Made by a program: the position numbers and the translations under genes | Origin: an uncultured bacterium | GTDB lineage: Bacteria; Krumholzibacteriota; Krumholzibacteriia; JACNKJ01 | Direction of reading: 5' to 3' | Assembly: GCA_964627205.1 (NCBI GenBank) | Contig: CAZVHI010000009.1 | Span: forward strand, 33,735-97,734 | DNA: 64,000 nt | The notes under the pieces: generated by a model | Seen by the model: the letters and a program-made list of their open reading frames with translations, nothing else | The model's database searches: none | Told to the model about the DNA's origin: nothing | In this document: one piece after another, positions 45,923 through 54,963 of the stretch | How the letters are laid out: every line of letters starts with the position of its first letter | How positions within the stretch are numbered: the first letter of the stretch is position 1

Positions 45923-45955
45923 AGCCGCTCCGGTTCTTCCGGAGCGGCTCTTTTT
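45923..45955. terminator. Rho-independent terminator (11-bp perfect stem, TTTTT tail) after paralogue 2, shared with the convergent giant gene
   Basis: AGCCGCTCCGG-ttctt-CCGGAGCGGCT followed by CTTTTTG. Confidence 0.7.
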
Positions 45956-46029
45956 GCGGCCTTCCATGCAACGGGATCGCGAGCGGCGCGTGAGGAACGG
46001 AAGCTATTCGGCCCGCGCAGCCGTGCTCG

Positions 46030-49000
46030 CTAGTCGAGTGAGATGCGATAGAGCGCGCCGCCGTTGCAGCCGGCCCAGAGCGTGCGTCCGTCCTCGCCAA
46101 GACGCAGGTGCCAGACGGAGCCGTTGCCCGGGCGCATCCCAAACGGCGACCAGCTCGCGCCCGCGTCGCGGCTGACGAAGACGCCCCAGTGGTTCAGGCC
46201 GACATAGATCGTGCCCGCCTCGCTACCCGCAGCGATGGAGCGAGCGTGCGGACTTGGGATTCCCGCGTTCACCTCTTCCCAGCTCTCCCCGCCGTCGCGG
46301 CTGCGCAGCACACCGCCGCGCGAGACCGCCGCGTAGACGAGGGACGCGTCCTCCGCGTCGACCGCGAAGCCCTTGACGCCCGTGCGCGGGCGATTCCAGA
46401 CCTCGCGCCAGCTCTCCCCGCCGTCGTCGCTTATCAGAATTCCCTTCCCGTATGTGCCCAACAGCGCCTTGCCTTCGGCGCCCGGCAGGGCGATCACCGC
46501 GTAGGCGTCGACACGACCCGGTCCGGACTCGGGCCGCCGCCACTCGGCGCCCCGCTCCAGCCCGAGGTAGACACCGCCGCCGGGCCCCGAGGCGGCGGCG
46601 AGGAGGTCGCCATTCGGGAAGACGGCCAGCATGTTCGCGCGCAGCGTACCGAGCGCGTCGGTGGCTAGGATCCAGCTTTCGCCGCCGTTGTCCGAGCGAT
46701 ACACCCCATCCGCGCAGGCGGCGAAGAGGCGATGTGTCTCCTCGTCGAAGGCGAGGCTCCAGGCAAAGCTCTTCTCCGGCTCGGGCCCCGCGAAGATCCA
46801 TGCGTCCGTACTACTCCCGTGAGCGCGGGAAAACACGCCGCTCGACGTGGCCGCATAGAGGCGCGGCTCGCCCTGCCAACTCAGCTCCTCGAGCCACCAC
46901 ACCGACGCGGCGCCGAGGCCCGCGCTGCTCGGCGTCCAGCTCGCACCGGAGTTTACGCTTCGGGCTGCGCCGCTTCCCGTGGCGGCCAGCAGCGTGCCGT
47001 CCTCTCCACGCCACGCGAGTGCGCGCACAATAGGATCGGCGAGGCCCTCGCCTTGCAGATGCCAGGGCTCCGAGCCCTCGAGCCACGCGACGCCCTTCCC
47101 GTTGCAGGCAGCGGCGATCCTGCCCGCGCCGGGCTCGCGGTATAGGCGGTAGATGCCCACGCGCTCCAGACCGGGCGCGGCCTCGCGCCAGCTCAGCCCG
47201 CCGTCCGTGCTCTGGAAGACGCCGCTGGAGCTGCCGACGAGGATGCGCGCACCGCCGTCGGCGGCGAGGAGGTCCCAGACGGGGGTCTTGCCGAGGCCCT
47301 CGCCGTGGAGCTCCCAGCTTGCGCCGCGGTCGCGCGAGAGGTGGAAGTCGCCGCGCCCGCCGGCGAGGACGCGATCGCCCTCCTCGTCCAGCGGCAGGAG
47401 GCAGAGCACGCGCTCGCCGCTCGCGGAGCCGGAGGCCGGCTCCCAGTGCGCGCCGCGGTCGGCGCTGCGAAAGATCCCCTGCTCCGTGGCCGCGAGGACT
47501 TCATCACTCGCGGGCAGGACGAGCAGATCCCAGCAGCGCGGCGCGTCCCCGGGGTAGGCGCCGCGCTCCCAGTTCGCGCCGCCGTCCGCGCTGCGGAAGA
47601 CGCCACTCGAGCTGCCGACGTAGAGCAGGCCACTCGCGTCGCGGGCGAGGCAGGAGACCCAGTAGTTCTCCAGCGCAGCGCCGCGGGGCGCCCAGCTCTC
47701 GCCGAAGTCCGTGGACCGGAAGATGCCCGCCCCGTGCACGGCGGCGAGTACGGTATCGCCGCCGGCGAAGGCGAGCAAGTCGTGCAGCGCGCCGCCCGGC
47801 GGGGCCAGGACACGCTCCCAGGCCGGCGCCGCTACGACGGGGCGGGGTGTCGGGGAGGCGGCGGCGCGGGGGACGGGCGCGTCCGCAGCGCGAGGCGACG
47901 CGGCGGCGGTCCCCCGCCCGCGCAGCACGGCGATGTCGTCGCTGTGGTAGTTCGACACCACGACGTCGTCGAAACCGTCGCGGTCGAAGTCGCCCACGAC
48001 GAGCGACATGGGCGTGTTGTTCACGCCGTAGGCAGCGTCCAGGACGAAGGTGCCGTCACCTCTGCCCAGGAGTAGAAGCACGTTGTCGCCGTGGAAGTCG
48101 GCCACCGCGAGGTCGCTGTTGCCGTCGCGATCGAAGTCGCCGGGAGCGAGGTGGCGGGGGCGCACGCCACGGCTGCAGTCCGTGCCCGTGATGCGGCAGG
48201 ACGAGCCACCCGCCCAGCCGACGTCCGGCAGGTCCGACTCCGCGAAGGTGCCTTTGCCGTCCCCCGTCAGAATGATCACCTGCCCACCGAAGAAGTCGGC
48301 GACGGCCAGGTCGAGGTGCCTGTCGGCGTTCCAGTCGCCGGCGACGGCCGCGCGCGGGCCGAGGCCCACCGGCAGGCTCTCGCCGAGGCGGAAGGCGCCG
48401 CCTTCCTTCCCGAAGAGCAAGGTCAGCGTGGCGTCGTCGCGGCTGAGCACGGCCACGTCCTCGCGCCCGTCCTCGTCGAAGTCGCCCGCGACGAGGTAGC
48501 ACGCGGCCTTGCCGATCTCGCCGCCGAGCGGCTCGCCGAAGCTGCCGTCGCCGCGGCCGAGCAGCAGGGTGGCCGTGCCGCTCCAGTGGTTCGCCGCCAT
48601 GATGTCGAGCGCGCGGTCGCCATCGGCGTCGAGGGCGAGGAGGCCCCAGGGGCCGTCGCCCATCGGGATCGCCTCCGCTTCGGCGAGGGAGCCGTCCCCC
48701 GCGCCGCGGAGGAGCGTGAGGGTGTTGCGCTGGTGGTTCGCCGAGATCACGTCGCTCTTGCCGTCGGCGTCGAAGTCCGCCGCGCAGACGTACCAGGATT
48801 GTGCGCCGATCGGGAAGGAGCTCGCGAGTTCGAACGAGGCGCCAGTCCCCCCGAGGAGCAGGGACACCGATTGCCCGAAGAGGTTGCCCACGGCGAGGTC
48901 GGGCAGGTCGTCCCCGTCGAAGTGGGCGAGGGCGAGGGAGGTCGGGCCGTCGCCGGCGGGAAAAAGGGGCGCGACCGCGAAGCTGCCGTCGCCGATGCCG

Positions 49001-50166
49001 AAGGCCAGCGAGAGATTGTCGCTGTAGAGGTTCGCCACGAGGAGGTCTGCGTGCGTGTCGCCGTCCATGTCCGCGGCCGCGAGGACTACGGGCTGTTCCC
49101 CGACCACGACGCGCCCGGCCGGCGCGAAGCTGCCGTCGCCCCTGCCGAGGAAGCAGGCGACGGCGTGCTCCTTGCGAAGGGCGCAGGCGAAGTCCAGGCG
49201 CGTGTCGCCGTCGAGGTCTGCGAGCGCGATGGCTTCCGGCTCCTTGCCCACCGCGATCTCGCTCGCCCGCTCGAAGCCGCCGCCGGGCAGGCCCCGCAGC
49301 AACGTGACGGCGCCTTCCCTCTTGCCGAGGACAAGAAGGTCGAACAGAGCGTCTTCGTCGACGAGGCCGCTCGCCAGCGCGGAGATAGACATGCCGACGT
49401 CCAGCGCGAACATCTCCTCGAATCCGCCGTCGGCTCGGCCGCGGAGTATGCTGACGTGTTCCTTGATGGCGGAGCCGATCGCGAGATCGATAAGCCCGTC
49501 GCGGTCCCAGTCGCCCGCGAGCAGCACGCTCGCCAGCCAGCGATTGCCGAGGGAACGGATTTCCGTCCACGTCTCGCCGCGACCTGTCCCGGCCCGGGCG
49601 TCATCGGTCTCCGCCCCTGCGCTGGCGCCGTCTTCCCCGGGCCTTGCGCGATAGACAGCGACACCGCTCTCCTCCCGATCCAGGAGGACGAGCTCGAGCC
49701 ATCCGTCGCCGTCCAGGTCGACGGGACAGCAGAGGCCTGCCGGCGGAAGCCCTGTCATCGCCGAGGGCACCTCGAAGCCGCCCTCGGCGCCGACGCGGAG
49801 CAGCATCATGCCCTCTTCGGTCGCGAGGATCAGCTCGGGAAGGCCGTCGCCCTCGAGATCGAGGAGCCAGGCCTGGCGGGGGACGAAGTCCAGCTCGAGG
49901 CGCTCGCCGCGCGCGAGGAGGCCGCCCGTCTGTCCCTGGAAGAAGCGCAGCCCCTCGCGCTCCAGCACGACGACGTCGGGGCTGCCGTCGCGGTCCATGT
50001 CGGCGACGGCCAGCCAGCGGGGATCCTTGTCGGTCGGGTAGTCGATGCGGGCTTCGAGGAGGCCAGGGCGGGAGGCGGCGTCCCCTCCGCTCAGCGCGAG
50101 GAGACAGACGATCAGCAAGACTGAGGACAAGGCGATGCAGGGTCCGCGCGCGAGGGGCCCGGTCAA
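46030..50166 (-). CDS. Giant secreted protein (1378 aa): N-terminal FG-GAP/VCBS repeat region plus C-terminal BNR/Asp-box (sortilin/Ycf48-like) beta-propeller repeats
   Basis: Signal peptide (LSSVLLIVCLLALSGG). FG-GAP repeats (DFDADGKSDV, DFDEDGREDV, DFDRDGNSDL, DFDRDGFDDV). More than 8 BNR motifs (SxDGGESW, SRDAGASW, SDNGGESW). TTG start overlaps the TGA of the upstream membrane GT gene (TTGA). Confidence 0.75.
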   Translation of the reverse strand: MTGPLARGPCIALSSVLLIVCLLALSGGDAASRPGLLEARIDYPTDKDPRWLAVADMDRDGSPDVVVLEREGLRFFQGQTGGLLARGERLELDFVPRQAWLLDLEGDGLPELILATEEGMMLLRVGAEGGFEVPSAMTGLPPAGLCCPVDLDGDGWLELVLLDREESGVAVYRARPGEDGASAGAETDDARAGTGRGETWTEIRSLGNRWLASVLLAGDWDRDGLIDLAIGSAIKEHVSILRGRADGGFEEMFALDVGMSISALASGLVDEDALFDLLVLGKREGAVTLLRGLPGGGFERASEIAVGKEPEAIALADLDGDTRLDFACALRKEHAVACFLGRGDGSFAPAGRVVVGEQPVVLAAADMDGDTHADLLVANLYSDNLSLAFGIGDGSFAVAPLFPAGDGPTSLALAHFDGDDLPDLAVGNLFGQSVSLLLGGTGASFELASSFPIGAQSWYVCAADFDADGKSDVISANHQRNTLTLLRGAGDGSLAEAEAIPMGDGPWGLLALDADGDRALDIMAANHWSGTATLLLGRGDGSFGEPLGGEIGKAACYLVAGDFDEDGREDVAVLSRDDATLTLLFGKEGGAFRLGESLPVGLGPRAAVAGDWNADRHLDLAVADFFGGQVIILTGDGKGTFAESDLPDVGWAGGSSCRITGTDCSRGVRPRHLAPGDFDRDGNSDLAVADFHGDNVLLLLGRGDGTFVLDAAYGVNNTPMSLVVGDFDRDGFDDVVVSNYHSDDIAVLRGRGTAAASPRAADAPVPRAAASPTPRPVVAAPAWERVLAPPGGALHDLLAFAGGDTVLAAVHGAGIFRSTDFGESWAPRGAALENYWVSCLARDASGLLYVGSSSGVFRSADGGANWERGAYPGDAPRCWDLLVLPASDEVLAATEQGIFRSADRGAHWEPASGSASGERVLCLLPLDEEGDRVLAGGRGDFHLSRDRGASWELHGEGLGKTPVWDLLAADGGARILVGSSSGVFQSTDGGLSWREAAPGLERVGIYRLYREPGAGRIAAACNGKGVAWLEGSEPWHLQGEGLADPIVRALAWRGEDGTLLAATGSGAARSVNSGASWTPSSAGLGAASVWWLEELSWQGEPRLYAATSSGVFSRAHGSSTDAWIFAGPEPEKSFAWSLAFDEETHRLFAACADGVYRSDNGGESWILATDALGTLRANMLAVFPNGDLLAAASGPGGGVYLGLERGAEWRRPESGPGRVDAYAVIALPGAEGKALLGTYGKGILISDDGGESWREVWNRPRTGVKGFAVDAEDASLVYAAVSRGGVLRSRDGGESWEEVNAGIPSPHARSIAAGSEAGTIYVGLNHWGVFVSRDAGASWSPFGMRPGNGSVWHLRLGEDGRTLWAGCNGGALYRISLD

Positions 50167-51467
50167 CGCTGCACGTCCTCGTTCCGCTCCACGTCCTCAC
50201 TCCGCTCCACATCCCCGTTCAGCTCGAGGCTGCGGCGCTTGAGCTCCAGGAATCGCGCCTTCTTGGCCTGGGTCTCGGGCAGACGCGCCCTCTCCTCGTA
50301 GGCCTTGTCCAGGGTCGAGACGACGAAGACCGACGAGATGATGAAATAGGCGGGAACCAGCAGTGGCACTAGCCTGCGCGCGCCCCTCCCGACCAGCACG
50401 CGGAACATCTTCATGGTTCCCGTGGCGAGGATCAGGCAGAAGCCCGCCGAGGCCAGGTAGAGGTACTTCGTGTTCAGCCAGAAGCCTGGCGTGTAGAAGA
50501 AACAGAAGGGTAAAATGGTCACGAAGGCCCAGGCGATGAAGAAGCGCAGGGTCGTGTTGCCGAAGACGAAGCCGTAGGCGGCGTAGCTGAAGATCACGGT
50601 GCCCAGGATCGGCCGGATCCAGCTGCTCCAGTTGAAGAGGAAGGTGAGAAAGCCGCTGCCCTCCACGACGTCGGAATAGTGCAGCGGGTAGACCATGTGG
50701 ATCAGGTAGCCGGGAATGTTACTGAGGAAGTTGCCCAGGAAGAAACCGATCCCCCAGCCCTCGGGATAGGACGAGCTGACCGCCTTGAACGCGGCCCACT
50801 GGAAGCCGGTCAGGACGCCGCCGAACACGAGCAGGATCAGGATCGGCCCGGCGAGGACCGGACGCTGCCGCTCTTTCTTGAAGAATACGTTGTATGCGAG
50901 GAGCACGCCGATGCCGCTCAGGAAGGCGAACTTGTTGATGATCGAGAGGGCGAAGAAGAAGAGCGTGCCCGCGAACCAGACGGAGAGGATACGCCCCTTG
51001 CCCTGGGTCTCGTTCATCACGTAGAACATGACGGTCAGAAGGAAGACCGTGTGCATGAGGATGCCGCTCACACCCGCGGCGTACATCACCTCCTTACCGT
51101 AGTTGCCCACGGTGAACGCGAAGAGGATGGCGCTCAGGAAGGCCACGCCGAAGTCCCGCAGCGTCTGGTGGACGAGGAGGAAGAGGAGGAAGGCGTTGAT
51201 GGCGTGGATGAAGATGTTCAGCAGGTAGTAGCCCGCCGGCCTGTCGCCGAAGAGCGCGTACTCCAGGCGGTGGAAGCTGTTCACCAGCGGGTGGGCCTCG
51301 GAGGTGGCCTGGACGTAGTCCTCCTCCGGTTGCACGTCGAGACTCTTGGCCAGGTACTCGAACTCCGCGTCGGTCCAGAACTCGTTGTCGAGGATCTGGG
51401 CGAACAGCAGCACGCTGATCCCGAACAGGATCAGGAAGAGCAACGCATTGTTGTCTTTGAGCGACAT
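50163..51467 (-). CDS. Polytopic membrane protein, TMTC/DUF1736-like GT-C glycosyltransferase family (paralogue of 19249-20742)
   Basis: Multiple TM helices. Loop motif VNSFHRLEYALFGDRPAGYYLLNIFIHAINAFLLFLLV. ATG at 51467; the long N-terminal Arg-rich extension in the ORF track was rejected. Translationally coupled to the giant gene. Confidence 0.65.
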   Translation of the reverse strand: MSLKDNNALLFLILFGISVLLFAQILDNEFWTDAEFEYLAKSLDVQPEEDYVQATSEAHPLVNSFHRLEYALFGDRPAGYYLLNIFIHAINAFLLFLLVHQTLRDFGVAFLSAILFAFTVGNYGKEVMYAAGVSGILMHTVFLLTVMFYVMNETQGKGRILSVWFAGTLFFFALSIINKFAFLSGIGVLLAYNVFFKKERQRPVLAGPILILLVFGGVLTGFQWAAFKAVSSSYPEGWGIGFFLGNFLSNIPGYLIHMVYPLHYSDVVEGSGFLTFLFNWSSWIRPILGTVIFSYAAYGFVFGNTTLRFFIAWAFVTILPFCFFYTPGFWLNTKYLYLASAGFCLILATGTMKMFRVLVGRGARRLVPLLVPAYFIISSVFVVSTLDKAYEERARLPETQAKKARFLELKRRSLELNGDVERSEDVERNEDVQR

Positions 51468-51529
51468 CCCGGGCAGCCTCGCAGGGTTGGAGCCGCTCCA
51501 GTGTAAGTGGATCCAGGAAGGCGGGCAAC

Positions 51530-52765
51530 GTGTTTCGTGACCGCAACCTCCTCCTCCTCGCCGGAGGCCAGTTCGCCAGCCGCCTGGGGGACTCGAGCTT
51601 TCACATCGCACTGATCTGGCTGGCCAAGGAGCTGACCGGCTCGAAGCAGGCCATGGGCTTCGTGGCGATGATGGAGTACCTTCCCATCCTGCTCTTCGGC
51701 ATGTTGGCGGGTGTGGTCGTGGACCGCAGCGACCGGCGGCGGTTGATGCTGGCCGCCAGCCTCTTCCGCACCCTGCTGATGCTCGCAGTGCCGGTCGCCT
51801 TCCTGCTCGGTTACCGCGGCATCGCCGTGGGCACCGCCGCCGCATTCGGGCTGGCGTTGGCTACCAGCCTCTTCACCCCCGCCCGCGACGCCCTGGTGCC
51901 CGTCATCGTGGGCCGCGGCGACCGCATCTCCGCCAACGCGCTCGTGCAGGTCTCCGATCAGTTCGCCTGGCTGCTGGGGCCGCTCGTCTACCCTCTGCTC
52001 GTGCCCCTGCTCGGGCTGACGCCCGCCTTCGCCGGCCCCGCGTTGATCTTCTTCGTGAGTTGGCTCGCGCTGCTCGCGATGCGCAGCCCCGAGAGCGTGC
52101 CGAGGCGCGAGAGCCCCGAGGCCCTGCTGCGCGGCGCCGAGGCCGGCAGCGTGCCGGCCGGACAGGTCGCCTGGCGAGAGCTGCGGGCCGGGCTATCCCT
52201 CGCCTGGGGCCGGCGCGAGCTCCGCTGGCTGCTCATCCTCACGGCCGTGAACAACTTCTTCATCATGGGACCCGCCCTGGTGGCCATGCCCGCCTATATC
52301 GGCTTCGACCTCGGGCTGCCCGCCCTCTACCTGGGCATCATCGAGTCGGTGCTGGCCGCGGGGATGATCGTGTCGTCTGTCGCGATCATCCGCTGGCGTC
52401 CGCGCATCGGGCTGGGGACCATGTGGCTGCTCGGCATGACGCTCGACGGCCTCACCTACGTCCCCATGCTCCTCGCCCCGAGCTTCGCCTGGCTCGTGCC
52501 GCTGATCTTCTTCCACGCGCTCTTCATCCCCTGGATCACGGTCTTCCGCATCAGCATCGTGCAGGAGGTGGTGGCGCCCGAGCTGCAGGGGCGCGCCTTC
52601 GCCTTCGTCGGCATGGCAGTGGTCGGGATGACGGCCCTGGCAAGCGGCGTGACCGGGCTACTTCTGGGCCTCATCCCCACGCACATCCTCTTCGGCGCCT
52701 GGGGTTTTGCCGGCATGTGCTGCGGCCTGGTCGGCTGGCTCGTGCCCAGCCTCCGTCGCCTATGA
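51530..52765 (+). CDS. MFS transporter
   Basis: 12-TM-like hydrophobic profile. MFS signature region (GVVVDRSDRRRLM). GTG start. Confidence 0.75.
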   Translation: MFRDRNLLLLAGGQFASRLGDSSFHIALIWLAKELTGSKQAMGFVAMMEYLPILLFGMLAGVVVDRSDRRRLMLAASLFRTLLMLAVPVAFLLGYRGIAVGTAAAFGLALATSLFTPARDALVPVIVGRGDRISANALVQVSDQFAWLLGPLVYPLLVPLLGLTPAFAGPALIFFVSWLALLAMRSPESVPRRESPEALLRGAEAGSVPAGQVAWRELRAGLSLAWGRRELRWLLILTAVNNFFIMGPALVAMPAYIGFDLGLPALYLGIIESVLAAGMIVSSVAIIRWRPRIGLGTMWLLGMTLDGLTYVPMLLAPSFAWLVPLIFFHALFIPWITVFRISIVQEVVAPELQGRAFAFVGMAVVGMTALASGVTGLLLGLIPTHILFGAWGFAGMCCGLVGWLVPSLRRL

Positions 52766-52782
52766 CGTGAGCTGATCCAGAT

Positions 52783-54726
52783 TCAGGGGTGTCGGTGCTG
52801 AAGGCCACCCGCGGGCAGATCCGGAGCGCGACCGGACCCTCCCTCCGCGAGGAAGAGATCGCACCATATCTTCAGTGTCAGAGCCCGCATGATCAGAGAG
52901 GAGCTGCCCACCCACTTGTAACTCAGCGTCCGCTTGCGCAGGAAGGGCCGGGCCAGGTTGTAGAGCGTGTAGTTACTGAGGATGCTTTGGCTCAGGAGGT
53001 CACGCGGGCTGAAGGCCTTGAGCTTGGCCAAGCCCCCCATTCCCTGGAAGGCTTTGGCATTGGCATAGCTCGATTCCTCAGCCCGGATCGCCTTGGAGCG
53101 GAACTCGCCCAGGAAACGCTTCAGCTTCGTACCGTCGAAGAGCGAGTCGAAGATCGGGTGGGAAGACGCGAGGAGGATCCGATCGATGAAGTCGCGGACG
53201 CGGGGGGAGTCGCGATACACCTGCTCCCAGTCGGGCAGGTTTCCCGCCCGGGAGAGATTCATGGCGAAGACCCGGGGGTAGCCCGCCACAACCGTTTCAC
53301 GGAACAGGCTGCGGTACATCCTGTGCCGGTAGGGCAGCCTGGCCATGAACTCCAGGATCTCCTTGTCCAGCAGCGGGACCCGCACGTCGATGACCAGCGA
53401 CTTCAGGTAGTTCATCCGACCCCAGAAGTTGGGAACGCCCTGCTGGAAGACGAACCAGTCCTTGCGGTCCACAAGCCTACGGTTCGGGCAGGCGCTGCTG
53501 AGCTTTCCGAGGCCCTGCACCGTCTCGTCATGCAAGCGCGGGAAGGCGTCATCGGTCAGCATGTCGCGGTAGAGCTGCGGTAAGACGATCAGGTTGAAAC
53601 AGGCGAGGGCATCCTGCTCGTGGAAGACGCCGCCCTTCCAACCGAAGAGCTCATCTCCACGCAGGATGACGTCGGCCTTCTCTGCGGTGCGTTGGTAGAC
53701 CGCCAGGCCCTCCGGATAATTCCCCAGCTGATCGATCAGGCCGTCGCTGATGAAGACCATCTGCTCGAGGTGCTCGTTCAGGCGGTCCGTTAGCAGGGGG
53801 ATGGACTCGTGCTCCAGGCCGAGACTGGCGCTGAGCTCCTCGGCGATGACTTGGTCGGAGAAGGGCCGAGGTTGGCCAGCACTCTGCGTCACGGTGGTGA
53901 TCTTCGCTCCCGCCTCGAGACAGGCGCCTAGAATACAGCGGGAATCGTAGCCCCCGCTGAGAGCGACGGCGATCCGTTTCGTGTTGCGATCACGGATCCG
54001 ACGCCTGACCGCCCTGTCAATCAGATCCAGCAGCTCCTCGCGGTAGTGACGCGCGCTGCGCCTGGCCGCCTTCTCGTCGAACCGGAAGCGCCAGTATTGT
54101 GATTCCCGATGCGAACCGGAGGATAGATCCACGGTCAGCAGGGTAGCGGGAGGGAGCTGCCGGATCTTCTCGAAGAAGGTCTCCTCGAACAGCGTCAGGC
54201 CGGTGGCCAGGAAGCTGGCGATGGCGGCCTCGTTGTATGGCTGCGCCTGGCCGGAGACCAGCAGCAGGGCCTTGACTTCGGGGGCGAAGTAGAGCACGCC
54301 GTCATGCTCGGTCACAAAAAGGGGATGGGAGGAGGTGATGTCGTTGGCGAGCAGGAGGCCTGCCCGTTTCGGGTCGTGCAGGGCGAGGGCGAAGGAGCCG
54401 TCCAGCGAGGCGAGGGCGGCGGGCGCGTCCTCTGCGAGCGCGTGAGCCAGCTCCAACCCCACCGGATCGCCGAGAACGTCCCGGTTCCCGAGGCGATAGA
54501 ACTCGCCCGCGAGGAAGAGGGAGCACGGCCTCTCGGGCTCGTGGCAGGGAAAGGACTCCCCGTCTCCGCGATGGATCCTCGCTATTGCGAACTGTTCGCT
54601 GCAGTACCTGTCGCTCTGGAGGGATTGACCATAGTCGAGAAGGGAGCACATCCGAGCCAGGGTCGAGTCGAGCTTCTCACGGCCCAGCCTACTCTGCGGA
54701 TCGACAATGCCCAGCAGCCCTGGCAT
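52783..54726 (-). CDS. Asparagine synthetase (AsnB) family amidotransferase lacking the N-terminal catalytic Cys (MPGLLGIV instead of MCGIAGI)
   Basis: PP-loop SGGYDSR. AsnB-like N-domain (LGIVDP..., FAIARIHRGDGES). Cys to Pro at the nucleophile position. Start could instead be 54828. Confidence 0.65.
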   Translation of the reverse strand: MPGLLGIVDPQSRLGREKLDSTLARMCSLLDYGQSLQSDRYCSEQFAIARIHRGDGESFPCHEPERPCSLFLAGEFYRLGNRDVLGDPVGLELAHALAEDAPAALASLDGSFALALHDPKRAGLLLANDITSSHPLFVTEHDGVLYFAPEVKALLLVSGQAQPYNEAAIASFLATGLTLFEETFFEKIRQLPPATLLTVDLSSGSHRESQYWRFRFDEKAARRSARHYREELLDLIDRAVRRRIRDRNTKRIAVALSGGYDSRCILGACLEAGAKITTVTQSAGQPRPFSDQVIAEELSASLGLEHESIPLLTDRLNEHLEQMVFISDGLIDQLGNYPEGLAVYQRTAEKADVILRGDELFGWKGGVFHEQDALACFNLIVLPQLYRDMLTDDAFPRLHDETVQGLGKLSSACPNRRLVDRKDWFVFQQGVPNFWGRMNYLKSLVIDVRVPLLDKEILEFMARLPYRHRMYRSLFRETVVAGYPRVFAMNLSRAGNLPDWEQVYRDSPRVRDFIDRILLASSHPIFDSLFDGTKLKRFLGEFRSKAIRAEESSYANAKAFQGMGGLAKLKAFSPRDLLSQSILSNYTLYNLARPFLRKRTLSYKWVGSSSLIMRALTLKIWCDLFLAEGGSGRAPDLPAGGLQHRHP

Positions 54727-54963
54727 CCCTTTACCCGTATCGATCAGAAACCCTTCACCCTGACGGACCGCCCTCTGGATTCCACTTAACGACGGGCGTC
54801 GCCGCACTGGTTTCTCATTCATCAGCATAGGGATCGGCGCCCCGACTTGGCAAGCTCTATGTATTCAATTCGATACAGCTGGATAACACGGCTCACGCAT
54901 CCTCATGGCGACGGCCTAGCCGAACGCTTGTGCCCGGCCCACGCGCGTGCTAGTTCTTGCGCC

